64,000 nt of DNA from an uncultured Planctomycetota bacterium (GTDB lineage Bacteria > Planctomycetota > Planctomycetia > Isosphaerales > Isosphaeraceae), in contig CAWGMQ010000004.1 in the NCBI GenBank assembly GCA_963823665.1, forward strand, positions 2,496,001-2,560,000, in the 5' to 3' direction. Both the position numbers and the translations under genes were made by a program. This document shows, in pieces, positions 17,356 to 29,263 of the stretch (positions are counted from its first letter, which is position 1; every line of letters starts with the position of its first letter). The notes beneath the pieces are model-generated. The model searched no databases. It saw only the letters and a list, made by a program, of their open reading frames with translations, and had not been told where the DNA came from.

Positions 17356-19169
17356 GTGCGACTGGGACCAGGGCCGGTTTTTGCATACGAATGGCTGACG
17401 ACCACCCGCCGATGGCAGCTTTACGCGCTGCGTGCGTTCTTTCTCGGGTTCGTGCTCGTGGGGATGATCTTCACCTGGCAGGCGGGCCCCGCTGGTCGCA
17501 ATTCCGGCCAGAACGTGTCGATTCAGTCGCTGGCGTCGTATGGCCAGATGCTTTTCTTCACGATCGTGACAATCGAGCTCAGCCTGGTGCTTCTGGCAGC
17601 GCCAGCCGCCACGGCCGGGGCGGTTTGCCTCGACAAGGCACGGGGCACACTGGACCACATGCTGGCGACGGATCTCTCCAACGGCGAAATCGTGCTGGGC
17701 AAGCTCGGAGTGCGGCTGATTCCCGTGCTGGGGTTGATTGTCTGCCTGTTGCCGCTATCAGCGCTTACGGGCTTGCTGGGGGGCATCGATCCGCTGGCGC
17801 TTTTCGGCTCATTCCTCACGTCGGTTGCCTGCGCCGTGCTGGGCTGCTCGCTGGCCATGGCTCTTTCGGTTTGGGGTCGAAAGACGCACGAAGTGTTGAT
17901 GGTCACCTATCTCCTGATCATTGTATGGCTGAGCAGCCCGGTCCTGGTCATGATCCTGGCGTTCACTCTGGGTGCCGCGCGGCCTTCTTCCGTGCCACAG
18001 TACGTTCGCGATTGGGTGGAGCTTGCCAATCCGTACGTCCTGGTCTATCTGCCGTATACCAGACCGGGTAGGGCCGGCGTGTTGACCTTTGTCGGGTTCG
18101 CGGCTTGCTGTTTTGTTGTGTCCGGGTTGCTGGCCGTGCCTGTCGGCGTACCGCGTTCGAGCCGTCGCGCTCGAAGCAGGCTGGGCGGGCATCGATCCCG
18201 CGGCGCAACAGATTCGCAGGCGCTTTCTCGCGGCCGGCGTGGCTGCCGCAGCTGCCTGGTCCATCGCTCGACGGCAACCCGGTGCTCTGGCGCGAGTGGC
18301 AGCGTTTCAGGCCTTCGCGATTACTACGGGTGGCGTGGTTCTTGTATACCGCACTGGGGCTAATCTGGGTGGTGATCGCGCTGCGATCCACAGGCAACAC
18401 TTTCATGCAGGGCGAGGTTGTCGCCCTCATGGCGACTTTTCAGGTTGCGGTCGGATTGCTTCTCATGAGTGTCAATGCCGCGACCAGCCTTGCCGAAGAG
18501 CGCGTTCGCGGAAGCCTCGACATTCTTCTTTCGACACCGCTGTCGACGTTTTCCATACTCGTGGGCAAGTGGTGGGGTGCTTTCCGGCTGGCTCCCCACG
18601 TGATTCTCTGGCCTGCGATTCTCGGGGGAATACTACTCTGGGATCATGGGAGCTGGTTCGGGTACTTCCTACTCATCGGGCTGATGTTGGCCTACTGCAT
18701 GGTGATCGCCAGTCTCGGTCTGGCGCTGGCGACCTGGATCAGCCGATTGGGCCGCGCCGTTGCGAGCTGCGTCGGGATCGTCGTTGGTTTTTCAGTCGGA
18801 TGGCTGATCCTGGTCGTTACGATGACCACGCGTGACTTCGTGGGAATTCCGCTCGTTATGGGCAGCCCGCTCTATGGCACACTTGCGGGCATGAGCGGAG
18901 TGGTCGCAGGCCTGCACGGACCGATCGGACCCCAAGCTCGGTATGTATTCGTTGGTGCGATGATCTGGATCGTGCTCCACGGTGGTGCGGCCGCCTTTTT
19001 GTTCGGCGCGACAATCGCGACGTTTGACCAGTGCATGGGACGGATCGCCGAAACCAGCGAGCCTCATCATGCTCCGAGATCCGCCAAGAAGTGGGTGCCG
19101 GAGATCGAGCCGGGCCTGGATGATGTTCCGTTGAGTGAGGCAGATTTCCGGCCGATCGATCGAGCATAG
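17356..19169 (+). CDS. ABC-2-type permease with two membrane domains (frameshift ~18140)
   Basis: GPVFAYEW, DKARGTLDHML, NPVLWRE, EERVRGSLDILL. Confidence 0.75.
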
Positions 19170-19207
19170 CGCTCGTTTGAGGAGGTTTGGCTCCGTCCGA
19201 GGCAGAC

Positions 19208-19765
19208 CTACTCGAAGAACCGTCCAACGCGGATGCGGAAATCGTTCAGGATGCCGGGAAGGGTCAGGTCTTCCTCTTTGCCGAGTCTCTTCGGCGAGTC
19301 TTCGGCGCTGAAAACGTGTGCAATTTGAGGTTCCGGATCGAGCTCGATTACGAGCAGGACACCAGCATTCAGGTATTCCGATACTTTCTCGAGGATGTCA
19401 GGCCAACGATCGTTCTCGGAGCGAACCTCGACGACGAGCTCCGGCGGTTCTGGGCCATATCCGGCCGGCAACGGGCCCTTGGGGAGGCGTGCGTAGCTGT
19501 AATAGGCAATATCGGCTCCGCGCACGGTGTCAGGATCGCGCTCGACGATCACACCGGAATCGTTGCTCAACACGCGGCCAAGCTCATGCGTGTCGACGAA
19601 GTTGCCGAAGATTCGATCGGCCCTGCCACAGACATAACCGTGCCTTCGATCGGGCACCGACATAGCCACGATTCTCCCGCGCACCAACTCTTCGGGATAA
19701 CCAGGGTCAGGCCGCTGGCCAAACTGCTCAGCGGTGATCAGTTCGAGCATCTCGGCGGTTGCCAT
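19208..19765 (-). CDS. Uma2 family endonuclease-like protein
   Basis: ELVRG..H, DTVRGADIA, PELVVEVRS, YL.AGV. Confidence 0.9.
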   Translation of the reverse strand: MATAEMLELITAEQFGQRPDPGYPEELVRGRIVAMSVPDRRHGYVCGRADRIFGNFVDTHELGRVLSNDSGVIVERDPDTVRGADIAYYSYARLPKGPLPAGYGPEPPELVVEVRSENDRWPDILEKVSEYLNAGVLLVIELDPEPQIAHVFSAEDSPKRLGKEEDLTLPGILNDFRIRVGRFFE

Positions 19766-19920
19766 TGCGCACCTCCCTCGCGGTTGAGTAGCTATTATCA
19801 CCGATCCCTGGCTTCTGCTCCATCCCGACTTTAGGGCGTAATTCTGCTTGGGCGTGTACCGCAGGTGCTACCATTCGAGATCGCCGCGGGCGGCAACGGA
19901 GTGTGCCTGCTACAACAGAT

Positions 19921-20703
19921 TCAAGATGGGCGAGAGCGGGCCAATTCTTCAGCCCAGACGCGATCAGACGCCCCGAGAGGAAGAGGCAACGGAGCTTGAT
20001 AGTCGATCGAGCGATCGTAACGACTGCGCTTGTAGACGGTGGCGAAGATTGGCGCCAGATCGAGCAGGATGTCTGGGTCGGGCAGGACGAGCGGGATCGG
20101 GATCGTGGGTAGAGGATCGCGAATCGACCACGAATAGACGTCTGCACGCGGCCGTTGCTCCGCGCGTGAAACGAAGGCAAAGTAGTCGCCGGGCGGAAGC
20201 GGCCGTGCCATCGGAAGCCGGCGGCCTCCCAGCAACAGATCCACCTCGACGAGGTGGATGGACCGCGCGATCAGCGAAACGCGCTTTTGAAGGTATTCCT
20301 CGTAACCATGCCCTGATTTGTTGGTCGGGGAAAGCAATTCAAGAATCGCAACGGGAACCCAATCCGGCTTCCGGCGGATTTCGATCCATCGATTTTTGAC
20401 TTCCTCGACAATGGTGGTCACCAAATCGATCGACTGAGGCTCAACAGTCGCCGTACCCGGTGACACACGACTGGCCGAGACCGGACGGCCTGTGCGCGAG
20501 ATCGCGACATCGGGATACCGAAACTGGGTGGAATCTTGAGGGTATTCCAGAATGTGGAATTCTTCCTCAATCCGAGCGATGTATCCGTCTGGAAGGCTTT
20601 CCGAAAGCTGGTCGGCACATGCATTGAGCAGACGCGAATGGAAATCGCGCCAATCGCCCGAGATTTCGAGATAAGGATCCATGCCGGGAAATGGACTGGT
20701 CAT
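19921..20703 (-). CDS. DUF4058 family protein
   Basis: SPFPGMDPYLE, ELLSPTNK, LVEVDLL. Confidence 0.9.
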   Translation of the reverse strand: MTSPFPGMDPYLEISGDWRDFHSRLLNACADQLSESLPDGYIARIEEEFHILEYPQDSTQFRYPDVAISRTGRPVSASRVSPGTATVEPQSIDLVTTIVEEVKNRWIEIRRKPDWVPVAILELLSPTNKSGHGYEEYLQKRVSLIARSIHLVEVDLLLGGRRLPMARPLPPGDYFAFVSRAEQRPRADVYSWSIRDPLPTIPIPLVLPDPDILLDLAPIFATVYKRSRYDRSIDYQAPLPLPLGASDRVWAEELARSRPS

Positions 20704-20784
20704 CGAGATGCCCTCGGCCAAGAAGCCATGCCGTTTATTGAATTGTATCAGCTATCATTTCCCCAGGCTCCGGCAAAATGTCGC

Positions 20785-22492
20785 CTATCGTGGAGCTAGC
20801 CGCGGCCAGGCGATTTCGACTCCCTGGGCAACGAGTGAAGCTTGAAAGGCCGCGAGTTTCGGTGTGTTTCGAACGGAACGGGGCATCTGGCAGTGCTCCA
20901 AGCAAAAGGCCGCGAGTGCCCCGGCGGCCTCGCCGATTCCCCATTCGACGGGATGAAGCCGAAAGCAACCGTTCGTGATGTGGGTCGTGCCCAGATTCTT
21001 ACACGCCGGCAGCAAGTTCTCGACTCGCCGCGGGATCAATGCACCGAGGGGAATCTGGAACGGCAGCGAGCTGATGTCGATGTAGTTGTCACCGCCGGTG
21101 CTCGGGTGCAGGTCGATGCGATAGCTTCCGACTCCGACGCTGTCAGCGAATACCTCGGCGGAAGCATCCTGTGTTTTGAGAAGCCGGCGTCGCACCTCGG
21201 TGCCAACGTGCTGTTCCGTGACGGTGAATTCCGCGCGAATCCGCCGGGACTCGCGGATATAGGGAGCCTTGGCCAGACCGTCGGTGCTTCCCACGAGGTC
21301 TCCACGCAGCCGCAGCCCCGGGTAGCCAGCCTTTCCGTCGGGACGTGGACATTCGGTTTGGAGCCAGTACAGAACCGAGAGACTCAACTGCTTGGCTCGG
21401 GCGACGTGCTGGGTTGCCTGTGCGTGTGTAACTGCTTTGCCAACCAGCGGGCCGAGCCAGTAATCGTTCTGTGGCCAGTTGATCAGCGAGATCCCGGAGC
21501 TGCCCGGGTAAGCGCCGGGCTGGAAGTTCGAGGGATCGACAATTCGTCGGTAGACCCAGAGTCCCTTGCCGGTGCCTCGGGGATCAAACCCGCGGCTTGC
21601 GGACTTGAGCGTGACCGGATCGCTGTAATTCAAGTCGAGCAGTCGACCGGGCCAGGCGTGTTTGAGCGCGGGGACGAACTCGCGCCAGAAGGGGTACTCA
21701 GCCGGGCGCTCGATCGTGTGGTCCTGCCCATCGAGATAATCCACGGCGAAACAGCAGGTGAATGACTGTTGATTGTCGGGTTTTGCTTGAGCCGGCGCAT
21801 GAGGCTCGCCATGCTCAGCTTGCGCCTCGGCGCCGGTCACGAATTCGCGCTCCGGTCAATGGCAGAAGATCGCCGAGCTCGGTGGCGTCGAGGAAATAAG
21901 GCGCGTGCAGCATGCGCTCGGCGAGAGTCGCTCGATCGCGAACCGTAACAGACTGCACCCGGTCTCCTTGCATGGCTGCTGAGATCGGCTCATGTTCGAG
22001 AAGGATCAACAGTTTGCGGCTGGAAGCAAATGGCGCAAGGAGGGCGGCCAACGCTACAAGGGCGGCCCGCGGCTCGTGGCAAAGCGCGGAAACGGCCCCG
22101 TTGCCGGGATTGAGACGCTCCAGCGCTCGAGCTTCTGCGGTCAAGGGGTAATGACGTCGATAATGCGCGCGAATTTCGTGCCGCAGCCTGCGATAGGAAG
22201 CCGAGGCTCCGAATCGCTCGATCCAGGGGTGTTCATCGGGGGGCACCGCCTGTGAGGTGAGCTGGCCACCAATCCAGTCAGTCGATTCGGTGAGGACTGC
22301 GGTCCGGCCGCTTCGCAGGATTGCAAGGGCAGCCGCACACCCGCCGAGGCCGCCCCCGACAATCACAACATCGGCGGCAACCTCGTGCGGACTGCTACTC
22401 GATGCCATTCGCGCCCGGGCTATCGGGGAAAGTGCTCGCAACAGGGCGGCGAGCCCGTAAGCACTTGTGGAGACAAACTGCCGGCGTCGCAT
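20785..22492 (-). CDS. FAD-dependent oxidoreductase with a Tat-like signal (frameshift ~21850)
   Basis: MRRRQF; GGGLGG; DATELGDL; YIRESRR; RLHPVEW. Confidence 0.8.
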
Positions 22493-22553
22493 GATCTGGC
22501 CCCCTTGGCACAATGTGTCGCAAGGCTGATAATTGACCACCGATAAATCCGTT

Positions 22554-22636
22554 GGCCTCGTGGCGGAATGGCAGACGCGTCGGTCTTAGGAGCCGGTGTC
22601 CGTAAGGACGTGGGAGTTCGAGTCTCCCCGAGGCCA
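22554..22636 (+). tRNA. tRNA-Leu(TAG)
   Basis: Acceptor GGCCTCG/CGAGGCC, anticodon loop CTTAGGA, long variable arm, TTCGA T-loop. Confidence 0.95.
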
Positions 22637-23052
22637 CTCGAGGAACGCCGTATGGCGACACTGGTCGTCCAGCTCATATGGCTCAACTATAGGAATTCAT
22701 TTGACACCAGTCATCGCCGCGGTAGTATAAAGATCAGGATAGTCCTGCCCCGCGTCGTCCCAGTCGAGACGCATTGGCTCGGGTTGGCGCCGATCTGTCG
22801 GCCCCCCAAGAGCGCGACGAAATCCTACCGTGTTGCCCATCGATTCCGGACGGTCTTCTGACCGCTTTACGACAGCTTCACGGACGAGTTTGCCTGCTTC
22901 AGCATGCAAGGCCCCGCTTCGGCCTTGAGGGAAGTGCGTTCCTGCGGTCGGGGCGGAAACTCGACGGCAACTGGTTCCTCATGCGATAATCGTGCTGGCC
23001 AGCGGCTGGGGCGACTCAGAGAGATTTGACCGGAAAAATCGGTGGCGTCATC

Positions 23053-23396
23053 ATGATCGGCTTGCGGGAACTGATGCTGGTGGCGGTCGGTCGTGCTGGT
23101 CCTCTATGGACGGTCCGGCGTTCTCAAGAGCCGCCAGTTCCAGACGATCTGGCCCTGGATTTCGCCCCAGCGGCGCACTGGCCAAACCGGCGAGTTCAAT
23201 GCCCGCTTCACGAACGGAAGCCATCGGCGTCTACGGAGCGAGGTCGATCCTGCGAAGAAGGAAAACACTGCGTTTCTTTCTGCAGGGGAATCGCCTGTAC
23301 TGGTTCTTGACGATTCTGGCCGCGACCGCCGTGGCTACGGCGATCCTCGGCCGGATGATGATTGCAAGCGGGACCGGCCCAGGGCTTACCCACTGA
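23053..23396 (+). CDS. Hypothetical membrane protein with a TatA-like N-terminus (frameshifted)
   Basis: MIGLRELMLVA..VLVLYG; C-terminal TM segment in another frame. Confidence 0.45.
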
Positions 23397-23484
23397 CCAA
23401 AATCACGACAACGCGGACCAGATCGATTCGAGCGTGTCGCTCATCTGGTCGCAGCGCAATCACTTTGACCCGAGGAGATTTTCC

Positions 23485-23697
23485 ATGCTGCCTTTTGCGT
23501 TTTTCCTTCCATCGCTCGGCGGCACCGAGTTGATCATCGTCGCCCTGGTGTGCCTGCTGATCTTCGGAAACCGCTTGCCGAGCGTCATGCGCTCGCTGGG
23601 CAAGAGTGTGACCGAGTTCAAGAAAGGTGTTTCCGGGATCGAGGAGGATATCGAACAGGCGGTGACCGCCGACAAGAAAACTCCGCCGGGCGCTTGA
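23485..23697 (+). CDS. tatA: TatA/E
   Basis: ELIIVALVCLLIFGNRLPSVMRSLGKSVTEFKKG; GAGGAG RBS. Confidence 0.92.
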   Translation: MLPFAFFLPSLGGTELIIVALVCLLIFGNRLPSVMRSLGKSVTEFKKGVSGIEEDIEQAVTADKKTPPGA

Positions 23698-23709
23698 GCC
23701 GAAACGGAG

Positions 23710-24105
23710 ATGCTCGCCCGGCTGCAGTCGTTTTGCACCCATTCTCATCGAAGTTCAATTGGAGCGTTCGGAATGTTTCCCAATGTTGGTCCGCTCGAGA
23801 TGATGATGCTTCTGGGCATTGCCGTCCTTCTCTTCGGGAAACGCCTTCCCGAGGTGGGGCGGTCGCTCGGCAAGGGAATCATCGAGTTCAAGAAAGGACT
23901 GAGTGGGGCGGTTGATGAGCTCGATATATCGGGCACTGGGCGATCTTCATGGAACCGAGGCTCGACGTCAACGCGATCCCCAGAGCCAGTGCGTGGGGAA
24001 TCGACTTACACGGACCAGTCTGTTCCCAAGTTCGAGCTGCCGGGAACACCGTCATCGTCCGCTCAGCCACCGGAGATGGAGTATCAGGCTGCGCCGCGCG
24101 ATTGA
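23710..24105 (+). CDS. tatA: TatA/E paralog
   Basis: GPLEM...LLFGKRLPEVGRSLGKGIIEFKKG. Confidence 0.88.
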   Translation: MLARLQSFCTHSHRSSIGAFGMFPNVGPLEMMMLLGIAVLLFGKRLPEVGRSLGKGIIEFKKGLSGAVDELDISGTGRSSWNRGSTSTRSPEPVRGESTYTDQSVPKFELPGTPSSSAQPPEMEYQAAPRD

Positions 24106-24135
24106 CACCGCCATGAATCGTGCCGAACGTGAGCC

Positions 24136-24681
24136 GTGGCGATGATCGAGGACCAATTGATCGAGCTCGTCGAGGCTCCCCTCGAGCAGGTGGGCTCGAA
24201 GTTCCACGGCGGCGAGGAGTTTCGGGATCCACCGCTTGACGTCTTGCGCTACTACCGGCGCATGGTTCGAGTGGGCCGGACTCCGTTGCTCGGCAGAGCG
24301 CAGAGCGTGGTGCTCCTGGCTCGGCAGCCGGTCGATATCGAAGGGACTCGCCCATCGTATGAACGATTCCTGACGCGAATGGCGATGGCCGTCAATGGAC
24401 GATTTCCGCCTTGGCGAGGGCTCTCGATCGGCCTCTACAGCCTCGTGCTGACGCCCGAGCCGATCGTGCCGGGCGATGACGAGATGCTGCGCGCGGTGCT
24501 GGCCCTCAAACTTCGACGGATGCGCGTGGTGCCTCTGGGGTTATATCGAATCAACCTGGGGCAGGAAGCGCTCTCGCTGGCAATGCAGAGCGATCCCACT
24601 GGCGCCTTCACGGAAGGTGGAATTCTGGCCGAGCTTCTCTGCGAGCGTTTTCGCCGGTTCGTGCCGCTAATCGAGGTCTAA
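24136..24681 (+). CDS. Hypothetical protein
   Basis: Clean 181-aa ORF following tatA. Confidence 0.65.
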   Translation: MAMIEDQLIELVEAPLEQVGSKFHGGEEFRDPPLDVLRYYRRMVRVGRTPLLGRAQSVVLLARQPVDIEGTRPSYERFLTRMAMAVNGRFPPWRGLSIGLYSLVLTPEPIVPGDDEMLRAVLALKLRRMRVVPLGLYRINLGQEALSLAMQSDPTGAFTEGGILAELLCERFRRFVPLIEV

Positions 24682-25353
24682 GGCTGGGGCTTGAGGTGCC
24701 GATTTGCCGGCCACTTTTGAGGAGGCCGCTGGAGGCGGCGCCAGCGCGCGAAAAACCAAATGCGCGGGGAGGTAGAAAACGATGGGGAAGCCGACGATCA
24801 TGATTGACAACCAGAGCCAGGGAGGCATGACGGTCTGCGGCTTCTCGTAGGTCAAGCCGTGCACGTAATTGATGTTCACAGCCAGGTCAGGGTTCTCAGC
24901 AGGGGCAGGCGGCTTCGGGGCCAGAAAGAACGAGACGAGCAGAATCACGGTGCTGGCAAGCGTCCAGCCGGCGAAGGCGCGCCGGTCGTAGCCGAGCCGC
25001 CAGAGAGCCCAGATCAGCACAAACGGCAGCCAACCGTGAAATGAAGAAAGGGCCCGGACGAAGACCGGGATCTTGGGGTCAAACATGTAGCTGGTCATGC
25101 CTGTGATTCGTGCGCCGATCAAGAGATCGGCCACCCAGAGCGCCTGAGGCACGGTGATTCCGACGGCGGCCATACTCAGGAGCAGCGGACTTTCGAGCCA
25201 GAACGCACCCAGACCGACCAGGAGCGCGACGTCGCAGAAGAACAAGAAATTCCACGCCGAGTAGGTCTTCCAGTAGTAGGGCACGAGCACAGCGACGAAG
25301 AGGGTGTACGCCAGCTTGACCGCCAAGGGGATCAAATGCTTGTCCGACATCAA
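24667..25353 (-). CDS. Integral membrane protein
   Basis: Multiple TM helices; NFLFFCD and LSSFHGWLP motifs. Confidence 0.75.
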   Translation of the reverse strand: MMSDKHLIPLAVKLAYTLFVAVLVPYYWKTYSAWNFLFFCDVALLVGLGAFWLESPLLLSMAAVGITVPQALWVADLLIGARITGMTSYMFDPKIPVFVRALSSFHGWLPFVLIWALWRLGYDRRAFAGWTLASTVILLVSFFLAPKPPAPAENPDLAVNINYVHGLTYEKPQTVMPPWLWLSIMIVGFPIVFYLPAHLVFRALAPPPAASSKVAGKSAPQAPALDLD

Positions 25354-25636
25354 GCTGTCTCCTTCTCATTCCAGGGGCTCGAGCGGTTGGCTCCGACAGC
25401 AACCGACCGGCGACGGTGCTCGATCGAATGATCTTCCAAGTCTAAGATGCCCAAAGCGTTTGAAAGTTTGCCAGGTGGTTTTCAATTCCGGGCGGAATTC
25501 CGCCGCTCCCGGCGGCAAAACGGTCCTGGAACTTGAATCCAGCACGCAAGTGATCTTGCCTTCGATGCGATTCCAACTAAGATGTGGCCCTCAACATACA
25601 GCGGAGAGCCGGATTCAGTCTTGCACGGAGGCAGAC

Positions 25637-26840
25637 ATGCCGGGGCGACATCGCACGGGTCGTAGAGTTGCGGGCATCTTGGTGGTTGCCGTGCTGGTCA
25701 CGGGCGCCGCGATCGCAATCAAATACGTGGTCTCTCATGCGGGACGTTCCGGCGCGGGCGGCGCGAACACGTCGTCTTCAGCCGTCAATGAAAACAGCCC
25801 TCAGGCTGACCTGAACACAGCGCTCACAAACGGCGATGCGCGGGCGATTGCGCTCATCGAAGCGCACGCCACGCCCACGCCCAAAGTACCACAGACGTCC
25901 TATACCGACGGAGAGGCCGAGGAGTGGATCACAACGCTGACTGCGCTGCGGGCCAATTACCGGAAGCTGACCGAAGCTGATCGGGTGAGCGCAATCACGG
26001 CGGCTTGCCGCATTTTCGATCGGTTTGCAGTCGAGCCGGCGCCTGCTCGCTGGGTCGAGGCCCTCAAGCCGCTTCACGACCTGCTGTCTGCCAGCTTGAA
26101 CGAGGCGCATGCCGCAGCCGCGGTACGCAGCCCTGAAGGAGATTAGCCGATTCTGGGTCTGGATACCGGGGCGCTCGCTCACTCCCTTCGAAGAACAGAC
26201 ACTGGCCGAGTGGAAGGGTGGGCTGTACGTACCGGTTGTCCATTGCCTTGCCAGCCGTGACGTCCCCACCCGGATCGCGACGGTCAGTTGCCTGGGTGCG
26301 CTGCCGATTGATAACGCGGCCGACGCTGCCGTGGCGTACATCGATGACCCGATTGCCGACGTCAGACGGCAAACGATCAGCTCATTCGCGCAACGTGGCT
26401 TGATTCTGACCGATGACATGCTGCTCAAGCACCTGCACGACGAAGATGCAGTCGTTCGCGACATGGCCAACCTGGTCTTGAAAACGCGTGGACTCCCTCA
26501 GGAGCTGATCGGGCTGGGCGGCTTGATGTACAGCCCGAGAGCCGATCAGCGCGTCTCGGTGATCACACTTCTGAAGGGCCGGACCGACATCGACGTGGTA
26601 ACCTGGCTGATCCAGCTCTCGAGAGATCCGGTCGAAACGGTGCGGATCAGTGCGCTCGCGGCACTGGCGGCGCACGACACGCCTGTGGTGCAGAAACGCC
26701 TGGCGGAGATGGCACGCAGCGACGCCTCGGAAGCCGTGCGCCAGGCTGCCAGGAAGCTCTCGCCAACAACCGCCGACGAGACGACGGCTGCCTTACCCCC
26801 CCTGCCGGGCTCGGCGAATTTGAATCCGAAGGCGAATTGA
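25637..26840 (+). CDS. Membrane-anchored HEAT-repeat protein (frameshift ~26110)
   Basis: N-terminal TM; repeats such as DDPIADVR, LHDEDAVVR, SRDPVETVR. Confidence 0.7.
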
Positions 26841-26912
26841 GCAGGTGGTAGTCATTGGAACTCTCCTGTTGATCCGGTGGATGCGCCTCGTCCAAGGCCG
26901 TGGCGACTGGTG

Positions 26913-28229
26913 TCAGCGAGTTGCGGCCACGTGCGCTCTACTTTGGGTGCGGTGGGCGCGGATGCTATCGGGAAACAGCAGCTCCTGATCGAGCGAGCCG
27001 TCTTCCAGGAATGGCATCGGCAGATAGTCGGTCTCGAGGGTCAGATGGGGATGGGCACTTACCTCGTCTGCGAGGGGGGCCGAGACCCAGAGCGATTTGA
27101 GCTCGAGGGTGTTGGGGATCACCACGACGCGCGCCTGCGCCGGGTCAATTCGCCAGCAGGTTTCGAGCGCGGTTTCGATGACCTCGCGGTCTGACGCCAG
27201 CGTGATCGGGATTCGTGCTCGCTCGAGGCAGCATGACGTGATCACGTTGATACGGAATGACTCGGGGTCGAGCTTGGACACGAGGCGCTCGGTCGTCAGG
27301 TCGGCGAAGCCGACGCCGACGATGTTGCCGTGGCTTTCCTCGGAGACATCGAGCACGGCGAGGCGAGTGATCAAGGGGCGGTCGAAGTCGGGCTGGGTCT
27401 CGATCAAAAGGCGGCCGATGACGTTTGGGTCCATCCCCGCGCCGGAATAGTTCTTGCCGAGCTCGCCGACGACCAAGACGTCGATCTGGTCGAACGGCAA
27501 TCGCCCCATCAAGCTTCTGGCCCGGTCGAGCAGCACCGGCTCGGTTTCAAAAATCGTCTCGGGCTCGAGCGCCGCGATCTCGGCGGGCCTATCCTCGGCG
27601 TTCTCGACAATGGCCAGACCGAGCGCAAAGCGGGTGTTCTTGACCAGGAACCGGCCGACGGCCGGCAAGACCTCGCGCAAGCCTCGAACACCGAGCTTAT
27701 GCACCTGGCTGGCACCGTCGCGCTTGCCCAGGCCGATGACCATCATCTTGATCACGCCCGACTCGTGCGTCGAATGAAAGTCGGTGTGGGGCTTAACCCT
27801 GTTCAAGAGCACGATGCCGTCGGCCTGATACGCATTCTTGTCGAAATAGATGGGAAGTCCGACGGGGTTTGTGCCGAGCACGACGGTTTCCATGTCGGTC
27901 TTGACCGGCACTCCCATCGCCGCGGCCGTGACACCGTACCCGGCCAGAAGCTCTCGTTGGCCGGCCGCGGTCGCGCCGCCATGGCTACCCATCGCGGCGA
28001 CGATGAACGGCTGATAGCCCATCTCGCGGAGGGTGTCGACGGTTGTTTTCGCAATGCCGGCAATTCCGTTGACCCCGCGGCTCCCAACGCCAACGGCGAT
28101 CGTGCCGCCCCTCTTGACCCGCTCGGCCAGCTTGCTCGACTGAATCAACCGGCGAACCGTTCCCGGCACGTCTTCAAGCCGGGGTTGTGGAATCGATTGG
28201 CGAACCCGTGCCAGTGGCGGAAGAATCAT
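26913..28229 (-). CDS. LarA/DUF2088-like (lactate racemase domain) protein
   Basis: GSRG, AMGSHGGAT, NRVKPHTDF, GKNYSGAGMDPN. Confidence 0.75.
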   Translation of the reverse strand: MILPPLARVRQSIPQPRLEDVPGTVRRLIQSSKLAERVKRGGTIAVGVGSRGVNGIAGIAKTTVDTLREMGYQPFIVAAMGSHGGATAAGQRELLAGYGVTAAAMGVPVKTDMETVVLGTNPVGLPIYFDKNAYQADGIVLLNRVKPHTDFHSTHESGVIKMMVIGLGKRDGASQVHKLGVRGLREVLPAVGRFLVKNTRFALGLAIVENAEDRPAEIAALEPETIFETEPVLLDRARSLMGRLPFDQIDVLVVGELGKNYSGAGMDPNVIGRLLIETQPDFDRPLITRLAVLDVSEESHGNIVGVGFADLTTERLVSKLDPESFRINVITSCCLERARIPITLASDREVIETALETCWRIDPAQARVVVIPNTLELKSLWVSAPLADEVSAHPHLTLETDYLPMPFLEDGSLDQELLFPDSIRAHRTQSRAHVAATR

Positions 28230-28294
28230 GCGAGTCTACCTGCGTTTCCGGATGAGATGGACGCCCGCAAAAGCTTGCCGGAGCGTACCGGGAA

Positions 28295-28765
28295 TCACCA
28301 GCCGTAAACGGATCGCGGCCCGAGGTACGGGGCGTAAACTCCCACCGGCGGTGGCGCGACTCCATTGACCGGCACGCCCGGATTATATCCCAGCCGAAAC
28401 GTTCGATACGAGAATGAAGAGGGTGGATAGTAGTAAGACGCGCCATAGACGTAACCCGGTGCGACGTAGCCCGGCCGCCACAGGCCGACACCGTACCGCC
28501 CCGGCAAGATCCCGTACGGGGGATAATTCGAGCCGTAGGAAGGCCCCGGATAGGCCGAGAAGACGGTGTACGTCTGCGGCATGCCGTAGCTGGCGAAGCC
28601 GTAACTCATCCCGTAATTTCCAGGCGCGCCCAGGTAGTCGCTGACGCGGTAAGACGGCGAGTAGCCATCCCCCACCTGAGCCTTCGCGTCTGGCAGTGCG
28701 ATCCCAAACTGAACGATTCCAACGAAAACCGCCGCGGGCCAGAATCGCTTCGTGATGCAACGCAT
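28295..28765 (-). CDS. Secreted Tyr/Gly/Pro-rich protein
   Basis: Signal peptide ending AKA-Q; low-complexity YG/YP sequence. Confidence 0.7.
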   Translation of the reverse strand: MRCITKRFWPAAVFVGIVQFGIALPDAKAQVGDGYSPSYRVSDYLGAPGNYGMSYGFASYGMPQTYTVFSAYPGPSYGSNYPPYGILPGRYGVGLWRPGYVAPGYVYGASYYYPPSSFSYRTFRLGYNPGVPVNGVAPPPVGVYAPYLGPRSVYGW

Positions 28766-28788
28766 GGATCTTTTCCTTGTTCTCGGAC

Positions 28789-29263
28789 TCAGTAGCCAAG
28801 CGACATCCCATGGTACATCATACCGCAGTCCATGGTGCCGTACGGCCCTCGGCCGTATCCGCCCCCATAATTTTCGTAGCGCAAGGCCGGCGAGTAAAGT
28901 ATGACACCGCTTGCGCCAGGCCATTCGAGCGAACCGGTGGGAAGCTGGTAGCCGACCTGTGCGGTGCGCGTGGCCGGGCCGGAACGGCTCGGCCTGGCGC
29001 GGGCGGGGCGATGTTACACGCACAGACGACACACGAATTGGAGTTCGGTGAACCAATCCAAAGCGATCGAGCATTACGGTACCAGCCATCGGCGTTTGCA
29101 TCATTTCGAGCCCAAAACCGCCGTAAGGCTCGAAGTGAGCGAGTGATTTACCATAAAGGGATGCATCCGGTCCGTGGGGCGGATCGGTCGTCTGCGCCTC
29201 GATTGGCACGAAGAAGCCGATCGAGAAAACCACGACGAAGCTCAAACCGACCGGGCAAATCAT
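28789..29263 (-). CDS. Secreted hypothetical protein (frameshifted)
   Basis: Signal-like N-terminus; alternate frame ends GYGRGPYGTMDCGMMYHGMSLGY. Confidence 0.5.
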
